A stretch of 64,000 bases of DNA from Octopus sinensis. Lineage: Eukaryota. The notes below the pieces were generated by a model. The model saw only the letters and a program-made list of their open reading frames with translations, was not told where the DNA came from and did not search any database. Positions within the stretch are counted from its first letter, which is position 1. Every line of letters starts with the position of its first letter. Location of the stretch: assembly GCF_006345805.1 (NCBI RefSeq), contig NC_043000.1, positions 141,484,001 through 141,548,000 of the forward strand. The letters run 5' to 3'. This document shows, piece by piece, positions 1-13,300 of the stretch. The position numbers and the translations under genes were made by a program.

Positions 1-1754
1 TAACATGTGATGTATTATGCATGGAAAGGCAGTAATCGTTGTAAACTACTTTGCAAAACAATCATGTTCTTTACTGCATTAAGTTAGCAAACCATAGGCT
101 GCACGTGCATGCACGCACTCACGCACTCACGCGCACGCTTACACACAAACATGCACACACACATGAGAATTGAAGTTAAAATTGGAATCCGTATGAAGCT
201 TCATATGAAACTAGAAAAAATCCGAATAAAATCCTCGAGATATTGAATAGGTTTGTCAATAATAACATGATGAAGGTGGACGAGTTCAGTAAAATTCTCA
301 AAGTACTAAGATTATTGTATGGAAAATTTAATGGACTATTCATAGGAAATATCTTTTGTATTCAAGCAAGTGAAGAGAATTTGTGTATGACTTGGGGATA
401 TAAAGGTAAATGCAAAAAAAAAAAAGAAATCAAATACTCACACTATATTAGTCGTATTTTATACTATATTTGAATGGGTCAGTCATAATTGTGAGACAAA
501 AAAAGGTACAGTCAAGAAAGATAGTTCTTGAAAGACAAAGCTCAAAGCTATAGAGAAGATGAGTTTGACGAGAGTTAGCTTTACGTTCTAGTTACGGACG
601 CACTGCATTATCGAGTCAGTATTTTCCTGTTCAAGATGACCGAGTGTATTTTGAGAGAAATCGTTGTTGTTTTTTTACAGGTCGATCGCGTATGTAGTTA
701 ATCCGTAACTAATTCGGAGTATATCATATTTGATTCAACTGTAATCTAAGTGAGCGGAGAAAGAAGAAAAATTACTTGACATGGAAGCTAGAAGAGCTTT
801 TGAAAATATACTGTATTAGAGATAAGTGGAATATATCATTCCTTAGCAGCAGCAAAATTTTACAGAAACTTAGAATCGCACAAGATTTAATTAGTCTGTA
901 ACATGGGTAATTATGCTACAACATGAATTCTATAAAACTTTTCATTAATAACGTTTAGGAGAAATGGTAGACATTAAATCAACGAAAGTTCAACAGAGAT
1001 ATAGATGTAACATCATAAGCGTGTCATATTATGCAAAGTCCTAGTAAATCATTCTAAGAAGGAACTAAAATTTACCAAAGTTTAGAATTGAAGTCTTCTG
1101 AGGAAAGAAGATGCTTGACAATGAGTGTGACTACAAAGAAAGTGGTGTACAATAAGATGTTCTTGCTATTGTTTGCACTAACGTTGGCCTTGTTCGAGCA
1201 TAATTACGAATGGGCATGATATTGGGTTGAGTGAAAGATGAACTGATTAAGCCTTCCTCAAAGATTCTTGCCTTATGATTAAGAAGTACAGCTCGCAATA
1301 AAAAGGTAGCGGGTTCAATGTAACAAGAAATGATATTCAGCAAATTTTATTTTACCATATTTTCACGTCGACGAAGTGAATGGTGTGTGAGGGAAATTTT
1401 GTACACAGAAATTGTGCGCAAGCCCATTACATATATACATACATGCATGTACACCCGTACCTGTACAAGCATGTATCTATATATGTATGTATGTACACAT
1501 ATATGCATACATATAAACATTTACTTATATATACATATAAACATTTACTTATATAGATCGTGCAAAGATATAAATCATGCAAAGAAAGTAGATCGTGCAA
1601 AGATATATGTGTGTATTTTTCTTTGTTAACAAGGAAAAAATATAAATAGTTACCAGGGTAGCAAAAAATCGCACAAGTAAAAGCGTTCAAACTTTAAAGG
1701 TAGAAACTTTGTATATGTGTGTGTGTGTGTATATGTGCGTGCGTGTGTGTGTGT

Positions 1755-1788
<34 letters not shown>

Positions 1789-2954
1789 CTGTGTGTGTGT
1801 GTGAGGGCCTGTGTGTTAATGGTAAGGGATTACCATAAAACGATTACCAGTAATCCTTATTATTAATATTAGTAGAGACATTGGTAAAAGACATGGGAGA
1901 TATATTTCATGTGTTGAAAGCATTATCTGCTAAATATGTGTGTTAAATCAAATCGACTGTCCACGGATGTTCCAACCTCGAATGTTGCAACTGGGTTCCT
2001 CTAGGGGCAAAACGGTAGATTTTCAGCAGTTGATATAATAAGAAAATTCATATATACACACACACGTATATATTTAAAGAAGCCTAAATAAATATAAACA
2101 CGCCTGTATATGCTTGTTTCTTTTTCTATGTGTGTGTGTTTACGTGTACTCTTGGATGAACAAATGTCTTAAATAGACGGGGAAAGGGTACGGTGTCAAA
2201 GTGAAAAATAAGATTCTCTCTGAATGCTCAGTTTAGATCGACTTTTTGGAGTTGCGTGTTTTAAAGAGTTTAGCAAAAGTCTGAATATTAACTGGCCCAT
2301 CTTAGACTATCATTGTAAGAAGAACGAGAAAAATATTCAACGAAGAGGGGGCGACACACAATAGAATCAAAACAAGAGGAAATTAATAACAGGAAACAAG
2401 TTAATTATAATCCGTGGCATTTCATGCATTTATACATGTGCTTAGATATGAGAAAGCGAGAGTGGCATGGTGGTGGTGGTTGCGGGAAGAGGGGATAGCG
2501 AAAAAAAAGAGAAAGAGAAACATAAGAACTGGAGAGGAATTCGAGAGAGGGGAAGAGATTGATGCCCAGATTCAGCTGACTCGTAGGAAAAGAAAAAACT
2601 GCATATAATCGCATTACATGGGTGAGCGAACACCAAACCATATTTCTTTTTGGATGACTGCATTCTTTCGATTCACATTGGTTATTATGTCATCGAATGT
2701 AAATAGCAACTACAGAATTACAATGAAAAGAAAAAAGGAATGAAAAAGAAGCTATCAGAGAATAGGAGAAAAGGGGAAAGCAAAACGTGAATGACCATTT
2801 CCATAGTAAAAAAAAAAAGTAGATCGTGCAAAGATATACTTAACAACAGGAAAATATAATGCAAAATATATAACAAAAATCACGAGGGAACATTCCAAAA
2901 TGTAAAAATCAAGGTTGTTAGGCCAATGTATACATCCGTACATACATTACATAT

Positions 2955-2995
<41 letters not shown>

Positions 2996-3190
2996 TATAC
3001 ACACACACATATATACGTGCATATATGCATAAATCTATGTGTGTATGAATGTTTTTACATAAGCCTGTAGGTATACATGTGTACATATATATATATATAT
3101 ATTTATATATATATGTATATGTATGCATATATATATATATACATACATATATATATATATATGTATATGTATGTATATCTATATGTATGT

Positions 3191-3309
<119 letters not shown>

Positions 3310-3960
3310 TATATATATATATACATTCACACAAACGGTGTGGCTAAGTCAAGCATTAAGTAAACAAACCATGACCGTCGAGGGTGTTTGAGCAAAACTT
3401 TTAATTCAAGTTTCCAAAGAACTCATGTTTAATTCAAGAAAAACCCCTCCTCTTCCTCCACTTCCTCCTCATCTGCATCCTCATCTGCGTCCTCCTCCGT
3501 CCCTTCTATTTCTTCCTTTTATTTCGTTCTTTCTTTCTTTCTTTCTTCCTTCCTTCTTTTTCTTCCACTTCTCTTTCCTCTTCACACTCTTGTTTGTATG
3601 ATTATATACATGCATGTCACTGTGGTTAGAATGTTTATTTTGCTGTCATTTTGTTCCCCGCTTTATCATATGTTCATCTTTCTGTTTTCTTTCGTTATCT
3701 TGGGTAGCATCAAGTAAAATTTCTTGCGGTGCATTCGCACATAGACTTGAGATGATCTTCATATATTCTTACACGGACAACTTGATTTCTTGTCCGATTT
3801 AACATCCTATCACTTCATCTTTTGTGCCATTAAAAATCTCCACACAGTTTCGGGCATTCAGACAAAGTCTTTGGTTTCGAATTTAACACACCAATAATGG
3901 TTACTTCCATCATGTTTCTCCGTTTGATTTCTTAGGTAGTAGAAAAATTTCATGAATTTC

Positions 3961-4312
3961 ATAAACGTTGATCCGAATCAACGGAACAGCCTGCTCGTGA
4001 AATTAACGTGTAAGTGGCTGAGCACTCCACAGACATGTGTACCCTTAACATAGTTTTCGAGGATATTCAGCGTGACACAGAGAGTGACAAGGCCGGCCCT
4101 TTGAAATACAGGTATAACAGAAACAGGAAGTAAGAGTGAGAGAAAGTTGTGGTGAAAGAGTACAGCAGGGATCACCACCATCCCCTGCCGCAGCCTCGTG
4201 GAGCTTTAGGTGTTTTCGCTCAATAAACACTCACAACTCCCGGTCTGGGAATCGAAACCGCGATCCTATGGCCGCGAGTCTGCTGCCCTAACCACTGGGC
4301 CATTGCGCCTCC
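3961..4312 (-). mobile_element. tRNA-derived SINE (family D, octopus OR/OK-like)
   Basis: Minus strand starts GGAGGCGCAATGGCCCAGTGGTTAGGGCAGC (Pol III A box) and has a B box GGTTTCGATTCCC, followed by about 300 bp of non-tRNA body. Confidence 0.8.
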
Positions 4313-4679
4313 TATAAATATAGTAAATTTCCTGAGTCGGTAAAGTTCAAGGTAAATTGTCTGGCGGCATTTAGGCTTTCGTCTAATGTCATTTTCATGT
4401 TCAAATCTCTCCGGCATCAACTTTGCCTTTTATTATTGCGGATTTCATAAGAGAAGAACCACACAGTTTCTGCTGTCCGTTTAATCGCTTAGTCTTCACA
4501 TCCAGATCTGAGGATATGTAATTTAATAGATGTCACTTTTAAAATTATCAGTTTTTAAATGTTTTATGTAAAATGATTGGATTTGGGGGTGTTTATTTTA
4601 TCATTTTTATTAAACTAATATTTTGTTGGTTTGTTTTGTTAATACGAGGTATTTGGGTTATGCTATACTCCTTAATATT

Positions 4680-5054
4680 TTACTCTTTTACCTGTTTCAG
4701 TCATTTTGACTGTGGCCATGCTGGAGCACCGCCTTTAGTCGAGCAAATCGACCCCAGAACTTATTCTTGCTAGGCCTAGTAGTTATTCTATCGTTCTCTT
4801 TTACCGAACCGCCAAGTTACGGGGATGTAAACACACCAGCATCGGTTGTCAAGTGATGCTGAGGGACAAACACAGACACACAAACATATACACACACACA
4901 TATATATATACATATATACAACGGGCTTCTTTCAGTTTCCGTCTACCAAATCAACTCGCAAGGCTTTGGTCGGCCCGAGGCTATAGTAAAAGACTGAACC
5001 CGGAACCATGTGGTTGGTAAGTAAGCTACTTACCACACAGCCACTCCTACGCCT
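4680..5054 (-). mobile_element. tRNA-derived SINE (family B), internal deletion just after the B box
   Basis: Head AGGCGTAGGAGTGGCTGTGTGGTAAG, central CA/TA microsatellite and tail CAGTCAAAATGACTGAAACAGGTAAAAGAGTA. Homologous to copies at 9640, 30316, 43340 and 63131. Confidence 0.85.
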
Positions 5055-5676
5055 ATTGATATGTTATGTGGTCATTACAATTCTCAACGCATTTGTGTAT
5101 GCTATGTGTTGTGTGAGATTTTATTTGTTTTTTGAATGCGTTATATTAAATGTTGGTTATGTAATAGGATTTATTGTGTTATTTTAACTGATTGCGTATA
5201 TAAGATGTGACTAATATCTTGTTAGTTAAATAATGATTATGCTTCTTATGTACTTTTGTAGAATATGTGTTTTCTGGCATGCTGTCTATAGTATCAGGTG
5301 TCGAAAATGTAAAACTATATGATGGGTTATTTTACTGCATGAAGATTATAAAGAATGTGCTCCGTGTGAATTCTGTTCATCTATTTAGGGATTATACAGA
5401 AAATAATGTTGTTTGCAATCTACAGAAAGTGCATCGTATAATTTGTGATATTAGAAAGAAGTGTGTAAAAATTGTTGTAGAATGAAGAGTAGAGGGTGGA
5501 TAAAATTCTTGGAGCTATTTTTGTTCCGGCACTTTACAATCTTAAAGCAACTCCGGTCAAGGTTAACTTTGCTTTTCAAATAGAGGCTGATATAATAAAG
5601 TACCAAACCTGTACTGGGGTCGACGCAATCGACTGAACTCATCTCTATAAAATTCTAGTCTTGTACTTGCATATGT

Positions 5677-6008
5677 GAAGGCGCATGGCTCAGTGGTTAG
5701 AGCGTCGAGCTTACGATCGTGACGTTGTGAGTTCGAATCCCGGACCGGGCTGCGTGTTGTGTTCTTGAACAAGACACTTTATTTCATGCTGCTCCAGTTC
5801 ACTCAGCTGTAGAAATGAGTTGCGGCGTCACAGGTGCCAAGCCGTATCGGCCTTTGCCTTTCCCATAGATAACACTGGTGGCATGGAGAGGGGGTCCAGT
5901 ATGCATGGGTGACTGCTGGCCTTTCATAAACAACCTTGCCCCAACTTGTGCCTTGGAGGGTAACTTTCTAGGTGTAAGCCCATGGTCAGTCATGACCGAA
6001 AGATGTCT
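5677..6008 (+). mobile_element. tRNA-derived SINE with CORE-like central domain (family C)
   Basis: GAAGGCGCATGGCTCAGTGGTTAGAGC (A box), GAGTTCGAATCCC (B box), then TGTGTTCTTGAACAAGACACTT...CAGCTGTAGAAATG resembling the CORE domain. Confidence 0.75.
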
Positions 6009-6139
6009 CAGCAACTTGCATACAAAACATTATCTGATGAAGAACGTTGAATAGTCAACATCGTCATGGAGTCGGGCAAAAACTCGAAGGCGTTTTTCTT
6101 GCTCTGTACTTTATAACATAAAATCTCATCTATAAAATA

Positions 6140-6430
6140 TAGTACCGATCAAGTACTGAATTTAATCGACTAATCCCTTTTCAATAAATTGCTGCTCATA
6201 TGTCTAAATTCGAAATAATTTTTATAATCTACGAATTAGCAGAATTAACAGAGCAGAGGACAAAATACCGTGTGGTATATCTTTTGATACGGTACAATCG
6301 ATTGCAAATCACACCGGATAAGCTTTGCCTTTTTTCACGCCGGGGCCGATATATTAAAGTGCTGCTTGAAAGTGTAGATTAATTCCATTCCTTCATAATT
6401 GGTAGTCCTGTGCCTACATCAGAAACAGAT
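6140..6430 (+). mobile_element. degraded family A SINE fragments
   Basis: Diverged matches to the family A body and tail (AGTACC...AATCGACT, TTTGCCTTT) seen in younger copies at 11172, 24282 and 33484. Confidence 0.45.
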
Positions 6431-7462
6431 TTTTGGTGCAATGAATGGCAGAATCGATACGGGACAAGAAGGCAATATTTTTACATTGGCATAAGATTAT
6501 AAAGTATGCCAACTCACTTTTTTTGTACAGAATATGTAAACACAAGCAATTCGAAACTGTTCATTTGTTAATAGAAACAGAACTTGACAAAAGTGTAGAG
6601 AGAACAAGGATGTTTGCTGAAAAATTCCTTTTTTATACTGATAAGGCTTGACCTTATATTACGCTGAATATTGATGTTTTACAATTTCACATGGCAAGGC
6701 TGATACTCTGTTACGGTATTGAGTTATTTTCTTTTTGCTAATGTACATAGCTTCAATATCTAAAACTGCATCATGTTGTCTAAAGCTTTTATATATTTAA
6801 TCCAGGTTTTGCATACACGTTTTTTTTTTCTTTCGCTATTGCCGTCTTGAATAACTTCTTTTAACCAATTCATCCCTTCCCGACATCATTGTGTTCCTCT
6901 CTTGTAAGATGTTATTACTTTTCAGATGAACAGCCAGCTTGTTTGAAATTATAAATGTCAAGCTTTCTCATATGTAAATATGTTAGTGCTCTGTATAATT
7001 TGGAAGATACTGCTGCTTTTGTGCTTGAGAATTAATATTGCTTTCTCCTCTAGTAAGCAACCACTTTATGATTCTGGTTGGTTTTGTAATTTATGGAATG
7101 CTATTTCTCTATCCTCGTCTATATTGATTTTTTATAGTAATAGTTATAACCTTTTTTGCACACACGCAGACACACATGCGCATGCACACACACACACACA
7201 TACACACATATACATGCATGTGTATCGAAAGACAAATGCATATCTGGGAATGTGACCGTATTCTGCGCCCATGAAACTGAAAGCAGGTGTGATTGAGTTA
7301 GCTTGTTTACATATATCCATACATACATACATACATACATACATACATACATACATACATACATACATACATACATACATACACACATACGCTTACATAT
7401 ATAATGCATACACACCCACACTTATATAATACATATATATATATATAAGTATAAAGCTTACC

Positions 7463-7512
<50 letters not shown>

Positions 7513-7610
7513 AAACTATCTGTCTGTCTGTCTGTCTGCCTGCCTGACTGTCTATCTGTCTGTCTGTCTATCTATCTATATACATTATGTACATGCATAT
7601 ATTTATACAC

Positions 7611-7641
<31 letters not shown>

Positions 7642-8509
7642 TAGGGAGACACATACACATATATGTATATAGTATTAGTGAATGAGAGAGAAATATCATA
7701 TACAAAAAGCGATGAGTATGGTTATTTGTGTGTATGTGTTAGTGTGTGCGTGCGTCTGTGTGCATGCCTGTGTGTGTGTATGCGTGTTTGTATGTATGAT
7801 TGCATGTGCGATTGTAGACATACATCATCTATCTCCATATTCAATTCGTTCTAAGGTTCTCAAATTATTCTATAGTACATACACATTATCTTTCTTGTCT
7901 TTTCCGAGCATAGTTACTATTACAATGTCTTAAAGCTTTTTCATAATACGTTTTATGGAAAGTCAATCCACTACTAATATCAACAATGCATAAACAGATC
8001 GTTTAAAGTCATTGTTAGATAACAATTAGATGAAGAATGTGAAAACCTTTTTAATTCCGTTTTAAAATCTATAAGCATCATAACGTAGTTAAAAATGAAA
8101 ATCTCAGTAAAAGAAGAGTCCCTCTGGAGCATTTTTAGTGTAAAACTTCCAAAATATTTTCCGTTGCGTCGTATTTGTTGAAAAACCGTTGAATGGGATT
8201 GCTGGCAATACCAACATGTGACACCATATCAATGTGTTCTGAGATATGTTGAGAATATACATAAATTCGTTAGAGGTCGAATATTCCTTCTATCATAAGT
8301 TGGGCAAGCGTTTTGTATTGCATTTTCTTAGTATCGTTTATTGAATGCACCGAACCTCTATGTACCACAACTACAAATTCTAATTTCTCTTTGTTGTGTA
8401 TAAGTATTAGCCTTGAAATTGTGGTATCACATTTTGTGCAACTTTCATTATCAGTTCCAAAATACCTTCAACATCAATAATAACTGTTACTGCATTACGC
8501 ACAAAGCAA

Positions 8510-8610
8510 GAAATTATTGAGGTGCGTGTTGTCGATAGTATCGACCTAGTTCCAGAAGGATGAAAGGCAAAGTTAATCGCGGTGGGTATTGATCTTAGGA
8601 TGCAAAAACC
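8510..8610 (-). mobile_element. degraded family A SINE fragment
   Basis: ATCGACCTAGTTCCAGAAGGATGAAAGGCAAAGT matches the reverse-complement body of family A. Confidence 0.55.
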
Positions 8611-9505
8611 AAATACCACTTCAACGATTATGCTAATCAACTGTCCTTCTTTGTAATAATAAGGGTTTCTGATTAAGGCATGAGGCTAGCAAGTTTTGAT
8701 GGGAAGGGTGTTAGTCGATACTTGATTGTACATCTATTCTCTTTTATCACAGGTATTTGGTTAAAAAAAACATAGTGTTAAACACATCAGTGAAAAATGA
8801 ATTAAAGTACATATAGGAAAAAATATTCTAAGCAAAATGAGACAAAATGACAAAATAATAAGAGTATAGAATATACAATAAACGATTCGTTGCTCATTTA
8901 GTTTTCAATGTTTAACCGTATATATAACAGGCTGATGTAGCTGAATATATACCTATTTAGAGTAGTAAACAGCAAACATGTAAATTTTACATATGATACT
9001 TAACTTAATTGTTTTTGACAGCTGTTTCAATGGAGTAAAAACATTAACATTAATGAAGTTACATAATTAATATACACATTTAATAATTAATCTTATATCA
9101 ATGACAATAATTTTTTTCGACAGAAACATCTGTGGAAAACAACTAAATTAAAAATATATTAACCTCTTAATTATATATATGATAATGTTACTGCTCCATT
9201 GAAATAGATGTTGAAAACTATTTAATCATATCTAACTTTACTCATTTTTGTACTATTCATAGTATGTTGCTCTCAGTTATCGTATTACTCGCGGCAAAAT
9301 TACTCTATTTTGTCAATAATTGAGCTTTTAAATACCGTAGATATAGTTTATAATGTTTATACATTAACTTGGTATACATACTCGTGATAGATAAAAGATA
9401 CAAAGTCTGTTAGACAAGTAGATACACGACAGAGTTATCTAAATATTTAGATAAAAGACAAATTGATTTTGTAATACTTGGGGATAGTCACATTGTCCCA
9501 AATTG

Positions 9506-9618
<113 letters not shown>

Positions 9619-9639
9619 CCAATCTATCTATCTTCTTTC

Positions 9640-9846
9640 TATTCTTTTTAGTTGTTTTATTCATCTGATTGTTGCCATACTGGAGCACCACCTTAGGGGG
9701 TTGTAGTTGAACATATCTCCTTCAGGAGTATTCTTTGCAAGCCTAGTACTTATTCTATAAGTCTCTTTTGCCGACCCGCTAAGTTACGGGTACGTAAATA
9801 CACCAAGATCGGTTGTCAAACGATGGTGATGATAGGACAAATGCAG

Positions 9847-9888
<42 letters not shown>

Positions 9889-10245
9889 GTCCGGCATTCG
9901 CCATGATAGATCGGTAGCCAGTACACACATTTTGATTCTCTCCTTGTTTCTTTCTGTGTTCCTTACTGTGGAAGAGCCTAGGCTCGAAACGTTCAAGACT
10001 TTTTAAATTTCCGAGCATTATATTAATACATCTGTTTGTTTTCTACTCCACCTGTCTTCGTCTTTTGTGTTTTCGTGAATTCTCCATATATATATATATA
10101 CATATATACACGACGGGTTTCTTTCGGTTTTCGTCTACCAAATCCATTCACAAGTTTTCGGTAGCCCCAAGGTAGGAGACACTTGTAGTTGTGAAGCAAT
10201 CTTCTTACAACACAGACACGCCTGCTCCTATCCACACACACACAT
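9640..10245 (-). mobile_element. family B SINE interrupted by a Penelope-type module
   Basis: Tail at 9640-9850 and head-proximal part at 10110-10245 match family B; the module at 9889-10085 sits in its internal (TA)n. Confidence 0.75.
9889..10085 (+). mobile_element. short Penelope-type (pseudo-LTR-like) module with hammerhead-like motif
   Basis: Homologous to modules at 27072, 28813, 30776 and 44866. Contains CTGTGGA A GAGC CTAG GCTC GAAA CGT (9966-9992); (TA)n on both sides. Confidence 0.65.
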
Positions 10246-10979
10246 ATGTCAGTCTATTTAAGTATATATCTAATCACCCCTTTCGCCTATCTTTTATGCT
10301 TAAGCTTTAATGCGCAAATCAACAAGTCATCTTTTGATCGACGTCTTATTTTATAATCTTGTCATTTTAAGACATCGCTATAAACTGCATCGCATATAAC
10401 TAACTTAATAATCCTCCAAAACTGTTGCACCAGAACCAGTCGCCATTATTATTTTACTGTATCAGCATCTACACACATCTTTCAGTTTTACTTTCCTGAT
10501 ATGCAGCTGGCAGAAAACTAAGCCCGCTGGTTATAGCAGAAAAAAATCTTCAGATGTCATCATCTTGTCTTACATAAAGGACACAACGAGTAATGTAGTT
10601 GCTGTTATATAAAAAAAATTGCATCATGTCTTGAACTCAAACATCTTTCATCATAGGTCTGTTCAGTCAGATCAGACTTTGGATAAACTATAAAAAGAAC
10701 ATCAACATGTCATGTTTCTATTGATTTCATAGTATATTTGTGTGCCAGAAGGCATGGTAAATAGACTGTTCTTGATCATATGAAAGAAACCAAGAAAATA
10801 TGTTTTATTGGCAGAACAAAACTAAGAATTTCACATCAACATGGGGAAGGGAAAAGCTTTTATTTGACCTACGATATTAAAAATATTATATATCTGCTTG
10901 ACACGATGAATTATTCATCAGTGTAGAATTGATGTGATTTTGTGCAAGTCATCTTCTTCTTCTTCTTCTTCTTCTTCTT

Positions 10980-11010
<31 letters not shown>

Positions 11011-11030
11011 ATATCATCATCATTATTATT

Positions 11031-11450
11031 AAGGCGGCGAGCTGGAAGTACCTTTAGCACCTCGTGCGAAATGATTTATGGTATTTCCTCTCTTTTTTTT
11101 TTGTGTGTTCTGGGTTCAAATTCCGCCGAGATCGACTTTACCTTTCAATCTTTACCTTCAAAATAAATATCTATTTCTTTACTACCCACAAGGGGCTAAA
11201 CACAGAGGAGACAAACAAGGACAGAGGGATGGATTAAGTCGTTTATATCGACCCCAGTGCGTAACTGGTACTTAATTTATCGACCCCGAAAGGATGAAAG
11301 GCAAAGTCGACCTCGGCGGAATTTGAACTCAGAACGTAACAGCAGACGAAATACCGCTAAGTATTTCACCCAGCGTGCTAACGTTTCTGCCAGCTCGACG
11401 CCTTTCAAAATAAATACCAAAATAAATACCAGCTGCATACTGGAGTCGAT
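11031..11450 (+). mobile_element. family A tRNA-derived SINE (host copy), split by a nested antisense copy
   Basis: Starts AAGGCGGCGAGCTGG directly after (ATT)n, with B box GGTTCAAATTCC; the body resumes at about 11417 (AAATACCAGCTGCATACTGGAGTCGAT). Confidence 0.75.
11170..11403 (-). mobile_element. family A SINE, young nested copy with 13-bp TSD
   Basis: Full head on the minus strand (GGCGTCGAGCTGGCAGAAACGTTAGCACG...GAGTTCAAATTCC); flanked by TTCAAAATAAATA at 11157-11169 and 11404-11416. Confidence 0.85.
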
Positions 11451-11454
11451 TTAA

Positions 11455-13300
11455 TTTTACGTAGGATATGGGAAGTTCCCATAAGCACTAGCTTTTGAAC
11501 ATCTGCCATTTTAGGGTATGCTGGTATCTGAGCTAGATGGCAATCAGCCCATTTTGCTATCATTTCTACAGCACCTATGACAACAGGTATTTTTTTAGTC
11601 TTGAGTTTTTCAATATGATGTCTGGCCTATTCACATTTATCTTTCTGTCAGTTTGAATGGTGAAGTTCCAGAGGGGTTAGATGTGATCATTTTCAAGCTC
11701 TGGAGGTGTTTTGTGTTCCCACCAGTTTTTATCATGAGGCAGGTCTTAGCAATTGCAAATTACCCAGTGAATATATTGTGCAGCTCTGCCATGCCTGTTG
11801 AGATACTCAGTAGGCACAAGAAGACTGCACACGGAGACAACACAATCGATGGTTTTATTTTGTTGTTGACATACACGACATGTTGGACTACTGACGTTCT
11901 TTGATATGATGGCCTGGTAGTTTCTTGTAGGCTGGAATTGATCTTGGGCTGCTATGACAAATCCTTCTGGTTCTGATTTTAAGCCAGAAGACAAAAATCA
12001 TTGATGGGTAAGGACTTTATCAACATCGGCTCTATTAGCTCCTTTTGGGTATTTTCCACTGAGAGGATTTTCTTGCCATTTATCAGTAAGAATATCAAGG
12101 CAGCAGTTTTAGCGTAGGTTTTCATACACTTAGCTTTCTCTGTGCTTGTTTCCAGAACTCTTATTCTGGAATTTGTTGTATTTGGAATTCACTTAGATAT
12201 TCCGTTGCCTGTTTTGTTACTGAGTATGTTGCTTTCTTGCTTTCATGTTTTGAGACAAGTTTTAACATCCAGTCCTCAAAGTTTTTCAGGTAGGTGTCTA
12301 GGCCAATTGTAACAATCTTCGTTGTTAATTCCAACTGTAAAAGTCTACCGCCACCCTCTTTACTTGGCAGGTAAATTCTTTGTATATCTGCCTTAGGAAT
12401 GTGCATTCTATGCATTGTCAAGAATTTTTGTGGGAATGTTGTCGTTTTCTAATCTTTTCACCATATAGAATCGTTGAGATTTTCGCGGATGCATAGTACA
12501 GGTGGTTGAGATCTGTAATATCAACACCATTAGCTGAGATTATATCCATAAGTGCAAGGCAGATTTTACCAATTATTTTCAGGTTTTGGTTAGAATTGCG
12601 AATTTTGGGAGAGTGTCGCGTTCATTTATTCTGGTTTCTTTAATTTTCAGCCATTCACTCATGATTTGATTATTTAGATCATATAGTTCTGTTGGGTTAA
12701 TTTCTGTGTGACTTTCTTCATCTATTTGATTTTCATCTGCCTTAGTGCTTATGGTCGGCTCGAGAATATTTCACTTTGCTTATCAGTTACATTAACTCTT
12801 TCAATCATTATTGCATTTTCATCAGCCCTAGGCTGGTCTATAATTATTTCCTCTGTAATATCTTCCTTAACTGCAACTTCGTTCCTTTTATCCCTTACAG
12901 ATTGTTTAATTTGGCCAGTCTCTAATTCAGTTAGTAATTTCTTTTTCATAATATTTCCTCTAACTTTGGCAAGTTTGTTACTGCCTAAGTAGGGTCTTAC
13001 TTCAAGGTGTTTCTATCTTCAATTTAAGTAGGTTTGTACCGTATTAAATTTATTTGTTGGGAAATATATGTCATGTTAGAAGGCCGTAAGAACTTCTTTA
13101 TTATCTACCCTAGACATTTTTTGAATTCTTTTTCTTTTGGTTGATGACGAGCATGGATGACCATCTGTTGGAATATTACGGTTGTGGGGTACTTCCAGCT
13201 GCTGTGTTTCGGGAAGATTGGAACCAGTAGCTGAGTTTTCGTATAGAATCCGTTTCATCATTCGACTATGCGATCATTGGTGTTTCGGGTAACGACAAAT
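11455..13300 (-). mobile_element. R4/Dong-clade non-LTR retrotransposon, degraded, RT core deleted
   Basis: Fragments translate to the N-terminal region (12749-13261), thumb MHRMHIPKADIQRIYLPSKEGGGRLL (12161-12421), zinc-knuckle region GLKSEPEGFVIAAQDQ...CRVC (11746-11994) and C-terminus VQKLVLMGTSHILRK. No YMDD domain lies between them. Confidence 0.85.

Noticed and set aside
1131-1343. 70-aa minus-strand ORF as a terminal exon
   Set aside because: No convincing acceptor and no recognisable domain.
6445-6651. Plus-strand ORF following a strong acceptor (TTTTTTGTACAG)
   Set aside because: No matching donor or partner exon and no recognisable protein.
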